Shown here: one piece after another, positions 36,099 to 50,200 of the stretch
Numbering within the stretch: the first letter of the stretch is position 1
Layout of the letters: each line of letters starts with the position of its first letter
From: Calcarisporiella thermophila CBS 279.70
Taxonomy: Eukaryota; Fungi; Calcarisporiellomycota
NCBI RefSeq assembly: GCF_041956535.1
Contig: NW_027192196.1
Location: 923,823-987,822 of the forward strand
Direction: 5' to 3'
DNA: 64,000 nt
Made by a program: the position numbers and the translations under genes
Notes under the pieces: model-generated
The model's input: the letters and a program-made list of their open reading frames with translations, nothing else
Databases searched by the model: none
Told to the model about the DNA's origin: nothing

Positions 36099-37146
36099 CA
36101 GGGCGCCGAAAAACTGTTGCAATAGTATGGCATATTATCTAAGTTAATTAGTTAATTAATAACTACCCTAGAAGGATGGATAGGAATACTATTGTAATAA
36201 TATTTGCGATCCTCGCTATTTTTAGGAATACCTGCAAGGCATGTTTAAAGAAGAGAAGCTAAACCTCCGGGGGATGAATTTGTAAAAAGGGTTGATGCCC
36301 TTTACTAGTATGCCACTTATATATACAGTTTTCACAAATTGTGAATTGTTCTCTTTTTTACTAATAATTCGTGTGTCCTCCTTTAGCATTATACACAGCA
36401 CGCACTCGCTCCGGCATGCTTGCCTAAATCTTGTTAACAAATTCCACGTCTAAACTTTCCCATTCTTTCTCAATACGTTTCCATAGTTCGTCCTTATTCT
36501 TCGGTAGGCGTTGATAATAACGTAGCCTCCGCTTCAGTTCGCTCCACATATGCTCCATTATATTGAGATCAGGAGACTGGGAAGGCCATTTTAGCACATC
36601 TATCCTCTTGTATCGTAACCATTCTCGGGTTATGTTGGACGTATGTTTTGGATCGTTGTCTTGCGGGAATATGACTTGTGATTTTTTTATCCCGTAATAA
36701 TCCAACGATCCAAGATAATCTTCGTTATGGATTTTCGTGTACAATACGGAGTCGAGTCCTCCGTCGATACGGCACAAATTTCCGATGCCATGCGAAGTGA
36801 CGCAGTCCCACGCCATCAAAGACCCACCACCGTGTTTGAGTGTTGACCTGATATGGCGGCTGCGAAATGGCTCACCTTTGTGCTTATAATAATTTTCTCT
36901 GCCGCTTGCATTTGCGAAGATAACCTATGTTTCATCCGAGAACACAACTCGTTTCCATTCCTCTTCGGTCCAGTCTTTATACTTACTGGCAAACTCCATC
37001 TTCCGTCTTGCAGGTATTCCTTAAAATAGCGAGGATCGCAAATATTATTACAATAGTATTCCTATCCATTCTCCTAGGGTAGTTATTAATTAACTAATTA
37101 ACTTTGATAATATGCCATACTATTGCAACAGTTTTTCGGCGCCCTG
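36099..37146 (-). mobile_element. Tc1/mariner (DD34E) DNA transposon, internally deleted, non-autonomous
   Basis: 140-bp TIRs (36099-36238 and 37007-37146, starting CAGGGCGCCGAAAAACTGTTGCAA; 4 mismatches by hand alignment), flanked by TA at 36097-98 and 37147-48. Confidence 0.95.
36361..37010 (-). pseudogene. Tc1 transposase catalytic-domain remnant
   Basis: WTEEEWKRVVFSDET*...VKHGGGSLMAW...QDNDPKH-(34)-E (SPDLNIMEH)...NKI*ASMPERVRAV...KGGHTNY*. Two internal TAG stops; N-terminal HTH region missing. Confidence 0.9.
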
Positions 37147-37373
37147 TATTAATGGTATAGCTTTTTCAATTAAAAAATATAAATTATGAGCATTGCTGGC
37201 CTCCCAGTCCATTACGATACTTTTATTATATGTTTTTTGTATTTACAGGCAGAAAGGGCCGACGTCTAACAAGTGTTTAAGTCTAAGTCCTTAATGTGTG
37301 GTAAAGATATTGATAATGGCAAATAAGAAAAAGGTATTTTATCTTTAATCACCAATCCAGTTAAATCGAGCGG

Positions 37374-38724
37374 TCACTCTACCGATGTATCTTCAGCTTT
37401 CTCCAATTGATTCAACTTTGACTCGCCCTTATTTACATTCATTAAAAGTAGCTTACAGAATTTTTCTGTATACATGTCGTGAAGGTGATGCCCGCCACCT
37501 TTAAAGACATACAATCTTCCTCGCAATAATTTCGCCAACCGAACACCCTGCCATAATTCAATGACTTTGTCTTCTTTTCCGTGAATTATTGAGATTGGAA
37601 TATCAGCTTCAACTAGAATTGCCGCCTTTTTGCGAGGGAAGTTATTAACTATAAACCCAATAAGTTGCCTTATACCTGCAGCCAAAGTTTGCCGACCATA
37701 AAATTCATAAAAATTGGCATAATGTGCTGAAAGTTCATCGAACTATTCGAACTAGGATCATTAAGAATATATCCAGCCGAATCGCAAACTAATATATTTT
37801 ACCTTAGTTGCAAAGTTGGCATCACTCGAAGGCTTATTCAAAAATTGCTGAAATAAAACATTCATTATTATACTGTATATTTTACATAGAAATCAGACAA
37901 GCTTAACCGATAGTACCTTTGGAATAGTGACCTTTGCAAGGCGTTTTGAACGTATAGAGGACGTCGACGAAAACCCAACCCGCGGCATTTTTACGATATC
38001 CGTAAACTGTAAGATCGTTAATTATAAAGATGTGCGTACATTTAGAATTCATTATAGGGCATACAGTAGATGGATAAAAGTGTGCTGTTGAGCAAGAGAG
38101 AGTAATCGAACCAAAATATTCTGGGTGAAATGCTGCCATCCATTGACAAATTGATCCACCTATTGAAGTTGCAATTCTATATGACATTAAATTATTCAAA
38201 ACATCACGCAAACGCTATATTACCCATGGAGAATCCAACTAGGTGAATATTTTTGGTCCAACCTAAATAGTTCAATAACCCAAGCGCATCTTTTGCCATA
38301 GATTTCATTGAGTAGTACATTCGAAATGGAGTGGAAGAAGAGCCAACTCCGCGGTTATCCATAACTAAAATACTTAAGTTATGGTTCAATAGCTCCTTGA
38401 TCTTAAAAATTGCAAGGCAAAATTGAGAAATCCCTCGCCTCTTCAATATCTATCAAATATGGCTTACCACAAAATGCCAAAACTTGGCTGTAACGGACAT
38501 GCCTGATGGTCGTGCACAGTGAGATGAAATAGCATCATATATAAGTAATGTCATTTTGGGAGTTGTACCTCAATATCCTCCTCACCCATAATAAGCAAAA
38601 CTCTTCTCTCTCCAGCTCCATGAATTTCATAATATATAGTAACGCTATTTGATGTTTTCCTGCCGGTTTTACGAGTATAATAACCACAAGTGAAGCTACT
38701 TTCTGGTTCCTGGGATAAACTCAT
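37374..38724 (-). CDS. Alpha/beta-hydrolase (paralog 1)
   Basis: IYYEIHG, VMDNRGVGSS, nucleophile LVGFSMG|GSI, acid IHGKEDKVI, His GGGHHL; multi-exon. Confidence 0.85.
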
Positions 38725-39273
38725 TTAGAAGAGTTGAATGTTATATTAGAGAAGAAGAAAAAAAAAGTAGCATAAAAAATGTTACAAGAATAAAAAAATT
38801 ACTTGACGGACATAGTTGTCCTCCATTGAAGCTTATATTTATTTGCGTCGTTAGAATTTTCCCAATGTTGTTTAATATATCCGCCGCCAGGTTTGTTTTG
38901 AAACCGTTGTTCTCAAATGATCGCCACTGTTTGACTATAGCATTAATGCCTTAAAAATGCTTTATAAATTCAATTATACTAAGCCAAAAGTTAAAACCCA
39001 TGGTTTGATAGGCGCAAGAAATATGTCCGTGTAAATATGTATTGTCGTTATACGCTTATGTTTGAGTAAACCAACTTGGAGTATACGTTTTTATTTATCA
39101 AATTATGATTCGATGCAAAGTAATACAAAAACGATCAAATCGTGTTAATTTTACTATATTAAATACGCTATAAAACCCAACCAGACGTTGATTGTTCATT
39201 TATCGGACGCCAGACAAGCTATTCAATATATCCTCTTAGATCAATACCTTAATAATTTCGCCTAGGTATGCTC

Positions 39274-40592
39274 TCAATTAGTGATATTCAGCTCTCCCTT
39301 CGTTATGTTTTTCATTAGTAGCGAGCAAAAACGATCTGTATGGCTGTCATGTAGGTGGTGGCCACCATCGGCGAATACGTATAATTGGCAATGTAACATT
39401 ATAGCTAATCTTTTTCCTTGCCACAGCTCTATAATCTTATCTTTTTTCCCATGCAGGATAAGAATGGGTATCCCTGAGTTAATGAGAACTTTCGCCTCTT
39501 TCTCTGGAAAACGGTTGAGCAGATAGCCGAGGTACTGGCGTATGTTAGCAATCAAATTTTGCTTGTGGCTAATGTCGTAAATATTTTTGTAGAATTTTTG
39601 CATTTCCTCACGCTAGTTGGGAGAGGTTGCTATCAACATCAAATTTAAATTATAATTGATGTGATTTTGTACCAACCTTAGAAGCACATCCAGGGGCATT
39701 AGATGATTCCCGGAGAAAAGCCTGCCCAGATGTCGTTTTAGGAATTAACATACTTAACAAAGACTTGGTGTTAAAATTATCTACCTTCGGGAAACAAATT
39801 CTAGTAAGACGCCTGGCGCGCATCGAATGAGTTAGTGAGAAACCGACATGAGGGATTCCAAAAAAATCCACTAACTAATTGTATAGTGATAGCATTAGAA
39901 AAAGCAATGATAGCATTTCGAAATCGATACTACAGTTGATGGGATGGGTCGCGAAGTAGAGCCGGATATTGTAAGTGAAATGAAATAATGGGGGCGATAT
40001 GCCGTCATCCACTGACATATCATCCCTCCTTTCATCAAGAAAATATGATATGTTATCGAAAAGATCACACTGTTGATGTGGTCTAAGGAAATAAGCATAC
40101 CCATAGAACTCCCAACAAGATTCACGCCACTAGTCCAGCCTAGGTACTCAAGTAAATAAAGGGCGTCCTTGGCCATGGTTTTTACAGAATAATAAAAACG
40201 TAATGGGGCACTGGACCTTCCGACACCACGGTTGTCCATTACTAAAATGCTGAAATTTTTTTGGAGGAAATACTTGATCTATAGAGATAGAGAATTTCAA
40301 AAAAAAGAATTAGATTTTCCATGATTACGTTTGCTTTATGTTGGCTCTAAACTAACCACATTATGCCAGAAGCGTGCCGGAAGTGACAATCCTTTAAGAA
40401 GGGAGGTTAACGTCTATATAATTCATCGGCGTAAACTCGAAGAATATAGTTACCCATTATTAACATTAATCTCTTCTCTCCTCTCCCATGAATCTCATAA
40501 TATAGCTTGATGCCTTTCTTTTTCGCTCTTTTGGTTTTCCTAGTGACATAAGAAGTAATATAATTAAACCCAAGCTCAGTTAAATATTCCAT
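39274..40592 (-). CDS. Alpha/beta-hydrolase (paralog 2)
   Basis: LYYEIHG, VMDNRGVGRS, LVGSSMG|GMI, LHGKKDKII, DGGHHL; exon layout similar to paralog 1. Confidence 0.85.
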
Positions 40593-41292
40593 AGCGCGTG
40601 AGGTAATTGAGAGAGGCAGAAACGATGGGAGAACACATTTTAGAGAGGCAATGGATCCGCTTTTATAGGAAACAATACACATATGCAATGCAATTAAAAT
40701 ATTTGTCAAGCTCTATAAGGTGGGTTTCTCTCCTCTCCAATACTAGAAATTGTTTGCACATGTATTCCTTTTTACTGGATCATCACCCGTTAGATATTAT
40801 GCCTTTATTTCCTTCTGCCACAAACGCAATTTATACCTGGAAAAATACCCCTTTAGGCTAGTTTCAATTCCTGGTATCTTTCCAGAGAACTGAGACATTG
40901 AAGCAATGCAAGGATAAATACTGGCAGCATTTTTTCTGGTACAATCTGTCCAAATTAGTTTTGCTCTCCTAGATTCAAGATAGGTGACTGTTTCAATCGA
41001 TTTGCAGTCACTAATGCTCAAAAGTGTATCAGGGGATATTTATTTGAACAAAGATTTCAAATGGGATAGGTAGAGCACCAGCAGAATTATAGAAATAAGT
41101 CCTGAACGCGATTATCCAATCACCAACTCTTAGAGTATCAATAACGTGTTTTTCTTTTGTTATTTGAACTGATTTTACACATCATTTCTATATCACATTA
41201 TAATATTACCTAATTTTATTAGATTTTTCATTTACAATACAGAATTCAAAGCATCTCATACCCTGAAGCAAGATCTATAAACAAAGTTGCAA

Positions 41293-44200
41293 ATGGATGA
41301 TGACATTAGCGGCCCTGTTGCGACAGTGTCCGCATCTCCTGCCGATGTCGAGCCTTCATTAACTGCAATAGATCCTTCTATCGTAAAGGATTATCTACAG
41401 CATTTGCTACCGGTTGTGTTCGGTGCTGATGGTGGTGATCTTGAGAATTCGCTTATTGCGTATCCTGACACTTTAGATAAGTGTCGTAAATTCGCAAATG
41501 ACCCTCAGACACTTGTGATTTATGTAGTGAAGGAGAAAGAAGAACGAAAAGATGAGGGTAAATTAATATTGTTTTTTTTTTACATATCTTTAGATTCAAT
41601 TGAAATCAGATCGCCGTATATAGCAAATGAGTATTAATGTAATAATTTTTTTCATAGATGATACTACTCCGCAGGCTTTTCTATACTCGCTATCGTTTGA
41701 AATTTCTTGTCAGCCCAATCAGGTTGGATGGCTTGCACTTATCAAACGTACTCCCACGCTAGATGGAACACGACCTTTGATGTCGCAACTTCAATTTTTG
41801 ACCCTTCCTGGACCTGGTGCAGCCGGAGAGCCCAGTACTGTCAGCCCGTATGAAGCTCTCCATTCTTACATACATTTTGCATTCAGCCCGTTCTTCAATG
41901 CATATGTGAGCTCAAAAGGAGAGAGCGCGGAAGTCGGTGCAGGGAAACGTGACGATAAAGATAACAAAATGGGTAAGTAGCTATATGGATATTATAATTT
42001 TTTTCATTGAGTAACCCGAAATTTTATTGAATATAGGCATTCCGATGGCAAAAAAGAAGATAGCTGAACTTGAGCTTTCGCTTCTTCATCTTCAACAAAA
42101 TGTTGACATTCCTGAGATTCAACTTAATATCCATCCAATTGTTCAGAGAGCAGTAGATAAATGTCGTGAACAGGGCAAGCGCGTTACAGTGGATGCTATA
42201 GACCCCTCCTTAGTCTCGGATTCAACTTTCCTGAATAAACTACAGGGGGACGTTAATGGGTGGATCAAGGAAATTCAAAAAGTAACAAAACTCTCGCGTG
42301 ATCCCGCAAGTGGAACTGCAATACAAGAAGTGAACTTCTGGTTGAGTATGGAGCGTGCATTGGAAAAAATCGAAGAGCAACTCAAGAGCGATGAAATTGG
42401 TAAATTATCTTAATGACCCTTTATATACTTTTCTGCTTTGGCTAAAAAAAAGTATTGATAAATTTTTGGTTTATAGTTTTGACTCTGGATATATTAAAAC
42501 ACGCTAAACGTTTTCACGCTACTGTTAGCTTCATTGCTGATACAGGACTGAAGGAGGGAACTGAAAAAGGTATATATTTAGCTTTACAAACCATCTTATT
42601 TTTTTTTCAAATTCCTCATCCTCTAAAATTAAAATCACAATATAGTCCACAAGTACAACCAACTGATGAAAGATTTTCCACTGAACGAATTGTTGTCCTC
42701 TACTGATGTTGATAAGATTCGCGAGTCGCTTGGGTTAATCTTTGGGCACTTAAATAAGAAGCTTCGCCTCTCGTGAGTATTCATCTGTTCTAATTTAAGC
42801 TGACTTCATATTGTTTTGACGGCATTTTCTTATCATTCTCAATAGACCTTATCCAATTCGACGTGCTCTCCCACTTGTTGAAGCAATTTCCCGCGATTTG
42901 AACGACCAGCTTTTGAAAGTGTTAGGCAGTAGGAAGCTAATGTACATGGAATATGAGGATTTCGAGCGCATCACCGCTGGAGCCGAAGAAGTTTTCCATA
43001 CGTGGGACGATCTCATCAAGGAATTTACTAATGTAGCACGTGAAGTTACTCGCAAGCGCTCTGAAAAATTCCTTCCTATCAAGATTAATCCTGCACATGC
43101 AAAACTGCAAGAACGTGTCACTTACGTGCGAACATTCCGTGAACAGCATGAGCAGTTGCACCAAACCATTCTTCGTGTTATGGTACAATCAGGTGGTGGT
43201 GCTGAGGAAGAGAGCGTCAGTGTAAGCGATATTAATGCCGTTGAAGAAGTGAAGCTTGCTTATGATTGCGTGCGCAATATTGACGTGCTTGACGTTAGTC
43301 ACGAAGGCACTGAGATTTGGGTTCACTCGGAGAACGCATACAACGAAAGAGTCTCCCGCGTTGAAAATCAGATCATCGCCCGCCTTCGTGACCGTCTAGG
43401 TACAGCCAAAAATGCTAATGAGATGTTTCGGGTTTTCTCAAAATTCAATGCCCTCTTCGTGCGGCCCAAGATCCGCGGTGCCATCCAAGAGTACCAAACT
43501 CAGTTGATTGATAGCGTCAAGGAGGATATAAAGAAACTGCATGATAAATTCAAGATGCAATATCGAAACTCTGAGGCATATCACATGGCGCAGCTACGAG
43601 ATCTGCCACCAATTTCGGGTGCGATTATCTGGGCACGACAAATTGAGCGACAACTATTGGCATACATGAAGCGAGTGGAGGATGTACTCGGGAAGGGATG
43701 GGAGCTCTATGCTGATGGCCAAAAGCTTCAGTCAGAGAGTAATAGTTTCAGGAAAAAACTTGATACACGTCAGATATATGAAGCGTGGCAAGCAGAAATA
43801 ACACGTCGAGATCTCTCTGTTTCAGGGCGCATTTTTGAAATTACTCGTAATCGCGCTCAGGGGAATGCACTGCAACTTGGCATCAATTTTGATGGGCAGA
43901 TTATTACACTCTTCAAGGAGGTACGCAACCTGTTGTGGCTCGGATTCCAAGTGCCACATACCATAACTAATATTGCCAAGGATGCCAAACGTGTGTATCC
44001 TTACGCGGTGAGTTTGATGGAGACTGTGCGCACTTATTCTCAAACGGTCCATAAGGTTCAGAAAAACCAAGATATTGCAATACTTGTTGCCGGTTACCGA
44101 AATGATGTCCAAGCAATGATTGGACGAGGCATAAACCTGCGATGGGACTATTTTGTTAATACTTACGAGCCACATCGACCGCTTGCTTATGTCTCCAGTG

Positions 44201-47200
44201 CTCTTGATACCCGTGAAAATCGTCATGTCGCGTTTGTTCGTGAATTTGCCAGCGTAGTGTCCATATTCCAGGATAAAGTGGACGGAGCCATCTCAGTGAA
44301 TGAGGAGATCCACCGTGCACTCGAAGATCTTAAGATGTGTCCCTATCAAGCGGATAAATTTGATAGCAACCTGAGTAAAATTCAGAAGCTAATCGACCGC
44401 CTGAATCTGGAATCATATTCCAATCTTGATAGCTGGGTTGCACAATTGGATGCTCGAGTTGAATCAGTGCTTACCCAGCGCCTGCAACAAGCTATTAAAT
44501 CATGGACCTCCGCCTTCCTTCAGGTGGAAGAGCATAGTCAGGAAGCAGATTACGCAGGCGACGCGGTAGTCAAAAGCGGAAGTAAACGCAAAAGAAAAGC
44601 AATTGGTAAAGGCGATAATATAGAGGCAGCCGCGCCTGGTAGCAAGTCTGAGATGCGGCCTACGCTCAAGACACTTGTGCATGAAATCCGCATTCGTAAT
44701 CAGGTTATGTACCTTGACCCGCCGATCGAACAGGCGCGCGCCAACTGGTTCAGTCAGCTCCATGATTGGCTTGCAGTGGTTTGCAATCTTCCGCGTATTC
44801 AGAGTTCCCGCTATGAAATTGGGCTTAATGTCGCAACCCCAGGAGTGAATGGCGAGCTAACGAATTACGTGAATTTGCTTACGTCTTTACCCGATGGTAG
44901 CCTTGAGGGTGCCTATTCCATAGTCGAAAACAAGGTTCGAGAGGTTTCGGAGTATGTTGGCATCTGGCTTCAGTACCAGTCACTTTGGGATCTTGAATCT
45001 AGCTATGTGATCAAGATTTTGGGTGAAGATCTCGCTAAGTGGCAACAGATTCTCTTGGAGATCAAGAAAGCACGGGCAACCTTTGATAACTCTGAGACCG
45101 AGCAGTCATTTGGACCAATTGTGGTCGATTACGAACAAGTGCAGAGTAAAGTAAACGCTAAATATGACCAGTGGCAGCGCGAGATTCTAAATAAATTCGG
45201 AAGTCTGCTTGGTGGGACCATGCGCGAATTTCATTCAGCTGTATTACGCTCTCGCCTCGAGCTTGAGCAGCATTCGGTTGAAGGAAGTTCAACCAGCGAA
45301 GTTGTTACCTTCATCACTTTTGTCCAAGATCTTAAGACAAAAATTGATAAATGGCGACGAGACGTGGAGATTTTCCGCCAAGGTCAAAAAACACTCGAGC
45401 GTCAGCGCTATCAATTCCCTAATGACTGGCTCTACGTGGATCAAGTGGATGGCGAGTGGGCTGCATTCAATGAAATTCTCACGCGGAAGAATAATGCCAT
45501 CCAGGAACAAATCGCGGGTCTTCAGATGCAAATCATTGCTGAAGACAAGATTGTCTCACAGAAAATTCGAGATATAGTCGACGAGTGGGAGAAGAACAAA
45601 CCTGTCCAAGGGGACATTAAGCCAGATATCGCTACCAATACCCTTAATATCTTTGAGGGTCGTGTAATTCGCCTCAAAGAGGAATATGAGATGGTATGTC
45701 GTGCCAAAATTGCACTTGGTCTCGATCAGACTACCGATGCTCGCCTCGACCCTGTGCTCGAGGAGTTACGCGATTTGAAGACAGTCTGGACTGAAATCTC
45801 TAAGATATGGCAATCTGTAAACGAAATTCGAGAGACCCCGTGGTCTTCAATTGTACCTCGCAAGCTCCGCCAGCAACTCGATAATTTGCTTGGCGCTCTC
45901 AAAGAGCTCCCAAGTAGTATGCGTACCTATGCAGCATATGAGTATGTGCAAGACGTTCTTCGCAATTACATCAAAGTCAACCCACTGCTTTCAGACCTAA
46001 AGTCGGAAGCACTTCGAGAGCGGCACTGGCGTAACCTCTTCAAAACTCTGCGCGTGGAAGGTCGCATCACCATGTCGGAGATGACGCTTGCTAACCTCTG
46101 GGATCTTGATTTGCGGAAAAATGAGCAGATTGTGCGTGACGTTATTATCACTGCACAAGGTGAAATGGCGCTTGAGGAGTTCCTCAAAGACGTGAAGGAG
46201 ACATGGACAAACTATGTTCTTGATCTTGTCAACTATCAGAATAAGGTAAGCGGCCTTTTTGTGAATCCTTTTGCTAACCTAGGATCTTGACTGTCAATAT
46301 ATAATAGTGCCGTTTGATCAAAGGAGCAGCTTGGGATGATCTCTTCAATAAATGCGGCGAAAATATCAACTCTCTTACTGCAATGAAGCTGTCGCCATAC
46401 TACAAGGTGTTTGAGGAGGAGGCTTCTGCATGGGAGGACAAACTCAATCGCGTACACGTGTTGTTCGACGTTTGGATCGATGTTCAACGTCAATGGGTGT
46501 ATCTCGAAGGGATCTTTAGCGGAAGCGCTGATATCAAACATTTGTTACCCGTTGAAACATCCCGCTTCCAGAACATTAATTCGGAATTCCTCACTGTGAT
46601 GAAGAAAGTGTACAAGTCACCATTTGTGTTGGATGTACTCAATATACCCAATATCCAAAAGTCACTTGAGCGTTTGGCAGATCTGCTCTCAAAGATCCAG
46701 AAGGCACTCGGCGAGTACTTGGAACGCGAGCGCTCCTCTTTCCCCCGCTTTTATTTTGTTGGCGATGAGGATCTACTTGAAATTATCGGCAACAGCAAAG
46801 ACATAGTTAGGATCCAGAAGCACTTTAAGAAGATGTTTGCTGGAGTTGCCAATCTCCTGCTCAATGAGGACGCAACTGTAATTCGCGGTATGACTTCACG
46901 TGAAGGAGAGGAGGTGGTGTTCAAAACGCCCATTTCGCTTGTGAATGGCCCTAAAATTAATGAATGGCTCACGAGTTTTGAAAAAGAGATGCGCACAACC
47001 CTTGGACTACTCCTCGCTGAATCTTTTACGGATATGAATAGCTTCTTCCTTGCTGAAGAACTTTCAACCGAAAATATGATGACATGGATTGATCAATATC
47101 CGGCTCAGCTTGTGGTACTTACAGCCCAAATTGTGTGGACTGAATTAGTGGAGAGATCACTTACCTCGATGCACGATGGCAATCGGTCCGACGTTGGGCC

Positions 47201-50200
47201 GCTTGAAAATGCCCTACATTTAGTAGAGCGCACTCTCAACATCCTTGCTGACACCGTGCTCCTCGATTTGCTACCAATCAAGCGACGGAAATGCGAGCAT
47301 CTCATCACAGAATTAGTACATCAAAGAGACGTAATTCGACAGCTAATTCAGCACAAGGTCTGCTCTCCCAAAGATTTCGACTGGCTTTACCAGATGAGGT
47401 TCTACTATAATGAGAGCGTTGAAGACCCGCTACAGCGGCTCAACATTAAACTCGCCAACGCCTGCTTCCTCTATGGATTCGAATATCTGGGTGTGCCTGA
47501 TCGCTTAGTCCAGACTCCCCTTACCGACCGCTGCTATCTTACTCTTACCCAAGCACTTGAAAGTCGCCTTGGTGGGTCACCGTTTGGTCCTGCGGGTACA
47601 GGAAAGGTATAATAGTTTGTTTTTGTGAAGCGAGTCCCGTGAATACTCCTATTTAATTTTTTTACTCTTAGACTGAATCTGTTAAGTCACTCGGTGTCCA
47701 GCTGGGTCGTTTCGTACTAGTTTTCTGCTGTGACGAAACCTTCGATTTCCAAGCCATGGGGCGTATTTTTATCGGACTTTGTCAAGTTGGTGCGTGGGGC
47801 TGCTTTGATGAGTTCAATCGTCTCGAGGAACGAATCTTGTCGGCTGTCTCGCAACAAGTCCAAACTATTCAATTGGGGTTGCGCCGATTAAAGGAAAATC
47901 CGAACACAGAAATTGAATTAGTGGAGAAGCAAGTTAAACTCAACGAAAACACAGGCATATTTATCACAATGAACCCTGGATACGCCGGACGTTCAAACCT
48001 CCCGGATAACCTGAAGAAACTATTCCGTAGCATTGCAATGACAAATCCGGATCGTGAGCTAATTGCCCAAGTTATGCTCTATTCCCAAGGTTTCCGGACC
48101 GCGGAGTCGCTTGCGTCTAAAGTCGTCCCGCTCTTCAATCAATGCAAGGCGCGTCTCACACCGCAATCACACTACGATTTCGGATTACGTGCACTTAAGA
48201 GTGTTCTTGTCAGTGCGGGTAACTTGAAACGAGACAGGCTACAATACGTGCGGCAAGAAATTGAGGAGGGTACCAAGGACAATTCCGAGTACGAGCGAAT
48301 ATCGGAGTCGGTGCCTGAGCAAGAGATTCTCATGCAGAGTATTCGCGAAACCATCCTTCCAAAATGTGTTGCCGAGGATATTCCCATTCTCAAAGGGCTG
48401 CTCAACGAGATATTCCCTGGAGTTGACTATGCTCCGGCCAGTCTAGAGAAGCTCAAAGAAGAGATCAAAAAGGTGTGCATCGAGAGACGCCTCGTCGATG
48501 GTGAATTTTGGATGGAAAAGGTGATCCAATTGTACCAGATTCAGAACATTCACCACGGTTTGATGATGGTCGGGCCATCTGGTAGCGGTAAGTCGACTGC
48601 GTGGAAGGTACTGCTCACCGCGCTTGAGCGAGTGCAAGGAATCGAGGGCGTGTCCTATACTATCGATCCCAAAGCTATTCCAAAAGAGGCCTTATACGGG
48701 AGTCTTGATCCCACCACCCGTGAATGGACGGATGGTTTGTTTACACACATTCTCCGAAAGATTGTCGATAACGTCCGAGGTGAAAGCTCAAAGCGACATT
48801 GGATCATATTTGATGGTGATGTTGATCCGGAATGGGTGGAGAATTTGAACAGGTACGCTATATCTTCATTCTATCTCTCAGCATTGCAATTGGGTTGGAA
48901 CTTACCTATCCTTTTAGTGTCCTCGATGACAACAAGCTTCTCACTCTACCGAATGGTGAGCGTTTGGGTCTCCCTCCAAATGTGCGTATTATGTTTGAGG
49001 TTGAGACGCTCAAATACGCCACTCCAGCTACGGTGTCACGCTGCGGGATGGTTTGGTTCAGTGATGATGTGGTGACGATGCCAATGATTTTCAGCAACTA
49101 TTTGGAATCTTTGCGCAATGTTCCGCTAGATGAAGAAGAGGTTTCAGGCCGCCGAATGGAGCAAGAAGAGACGGGATCTTCCTCCGCTAACCTGAACACA
49201 CAAAGGGCTTGTGCAAACATTCTAGAGCCTTACTTTAGAGATGAATCTGGGCTTGTTGGTAAGGCACTTGAATATGCCTTCAGCTTAAATCACATCATGG
49301 ACTTTACCAGAATGCGCGTCCTCGATACTCTTTTCTCGTTGCTAAATAAAACGGTTCGCAACGTTATCGAGTACAATTCGTCGCACCCAGATTTCCCGAT
49401 GACAAACGATCAGCTCGAAGCATATCTCACCAAGCGTCTTGTCTATTGTATCATCTGGAGTTTCGCTGGCGATACAAAACTCGACCTGCGAGCTGAGCTA
49501 GGCAATTACGTGCGAGGCATCACGACCATCGAATTGCCTCCCAATTTGGTTGGAACCTCGATTATTGACTATGATGTTCAGATCGAGAAGGGAGAGTGGG
49601 AGTCATGGCAGACGAAAGTTCCAGTTATTGAGATTGAAACCCACACGGTGGCATCAGCGGATGTTGTCATTCCTACCATTGATACCGTGCGTCATGAAGA
49701 GGTGCTGTATTCATGGCTTTCCGAGCACAAGCCTCTGATTCTGTGTGGTCCTCCTGGTTCAGGTAAATGATTCATGCAGATTTCTGGTGTACTTTGCATA
49801 AAATGGAAACCAGTTTAACATTTCTTTCTAACTCATCAGGTAAAACAATGACCCTGTTCAGTGCGCTTCGAAAGTTGCCTGAGCTTGAGGTGGTCGGCCT
49901 AAACTTTTCAAGTGCTACCACCCCTGAGATGATACTAAAGACCTTTGAGCAATATTGCGAATACCGCAAAACACCCAATGGCCTGGTGCTTTCACCTTTG
50001 ATGATTGGTCGATGGCTTGTAATCTTCTGCGATGAAATCAACTTGCCGGCAACAGATAAGTACGGCACCCAGCGAGTTATATCTTTCTTGCGACAGCTTG
50101 TTGAATACAACGGGTTCTGGCGCGCGTCAGACAAGCAGTGGGTTCGTCTTGAGCGCATTCAGTTCGTTGGAGCATGTAATCCTCCGACTGACCCGGGACG

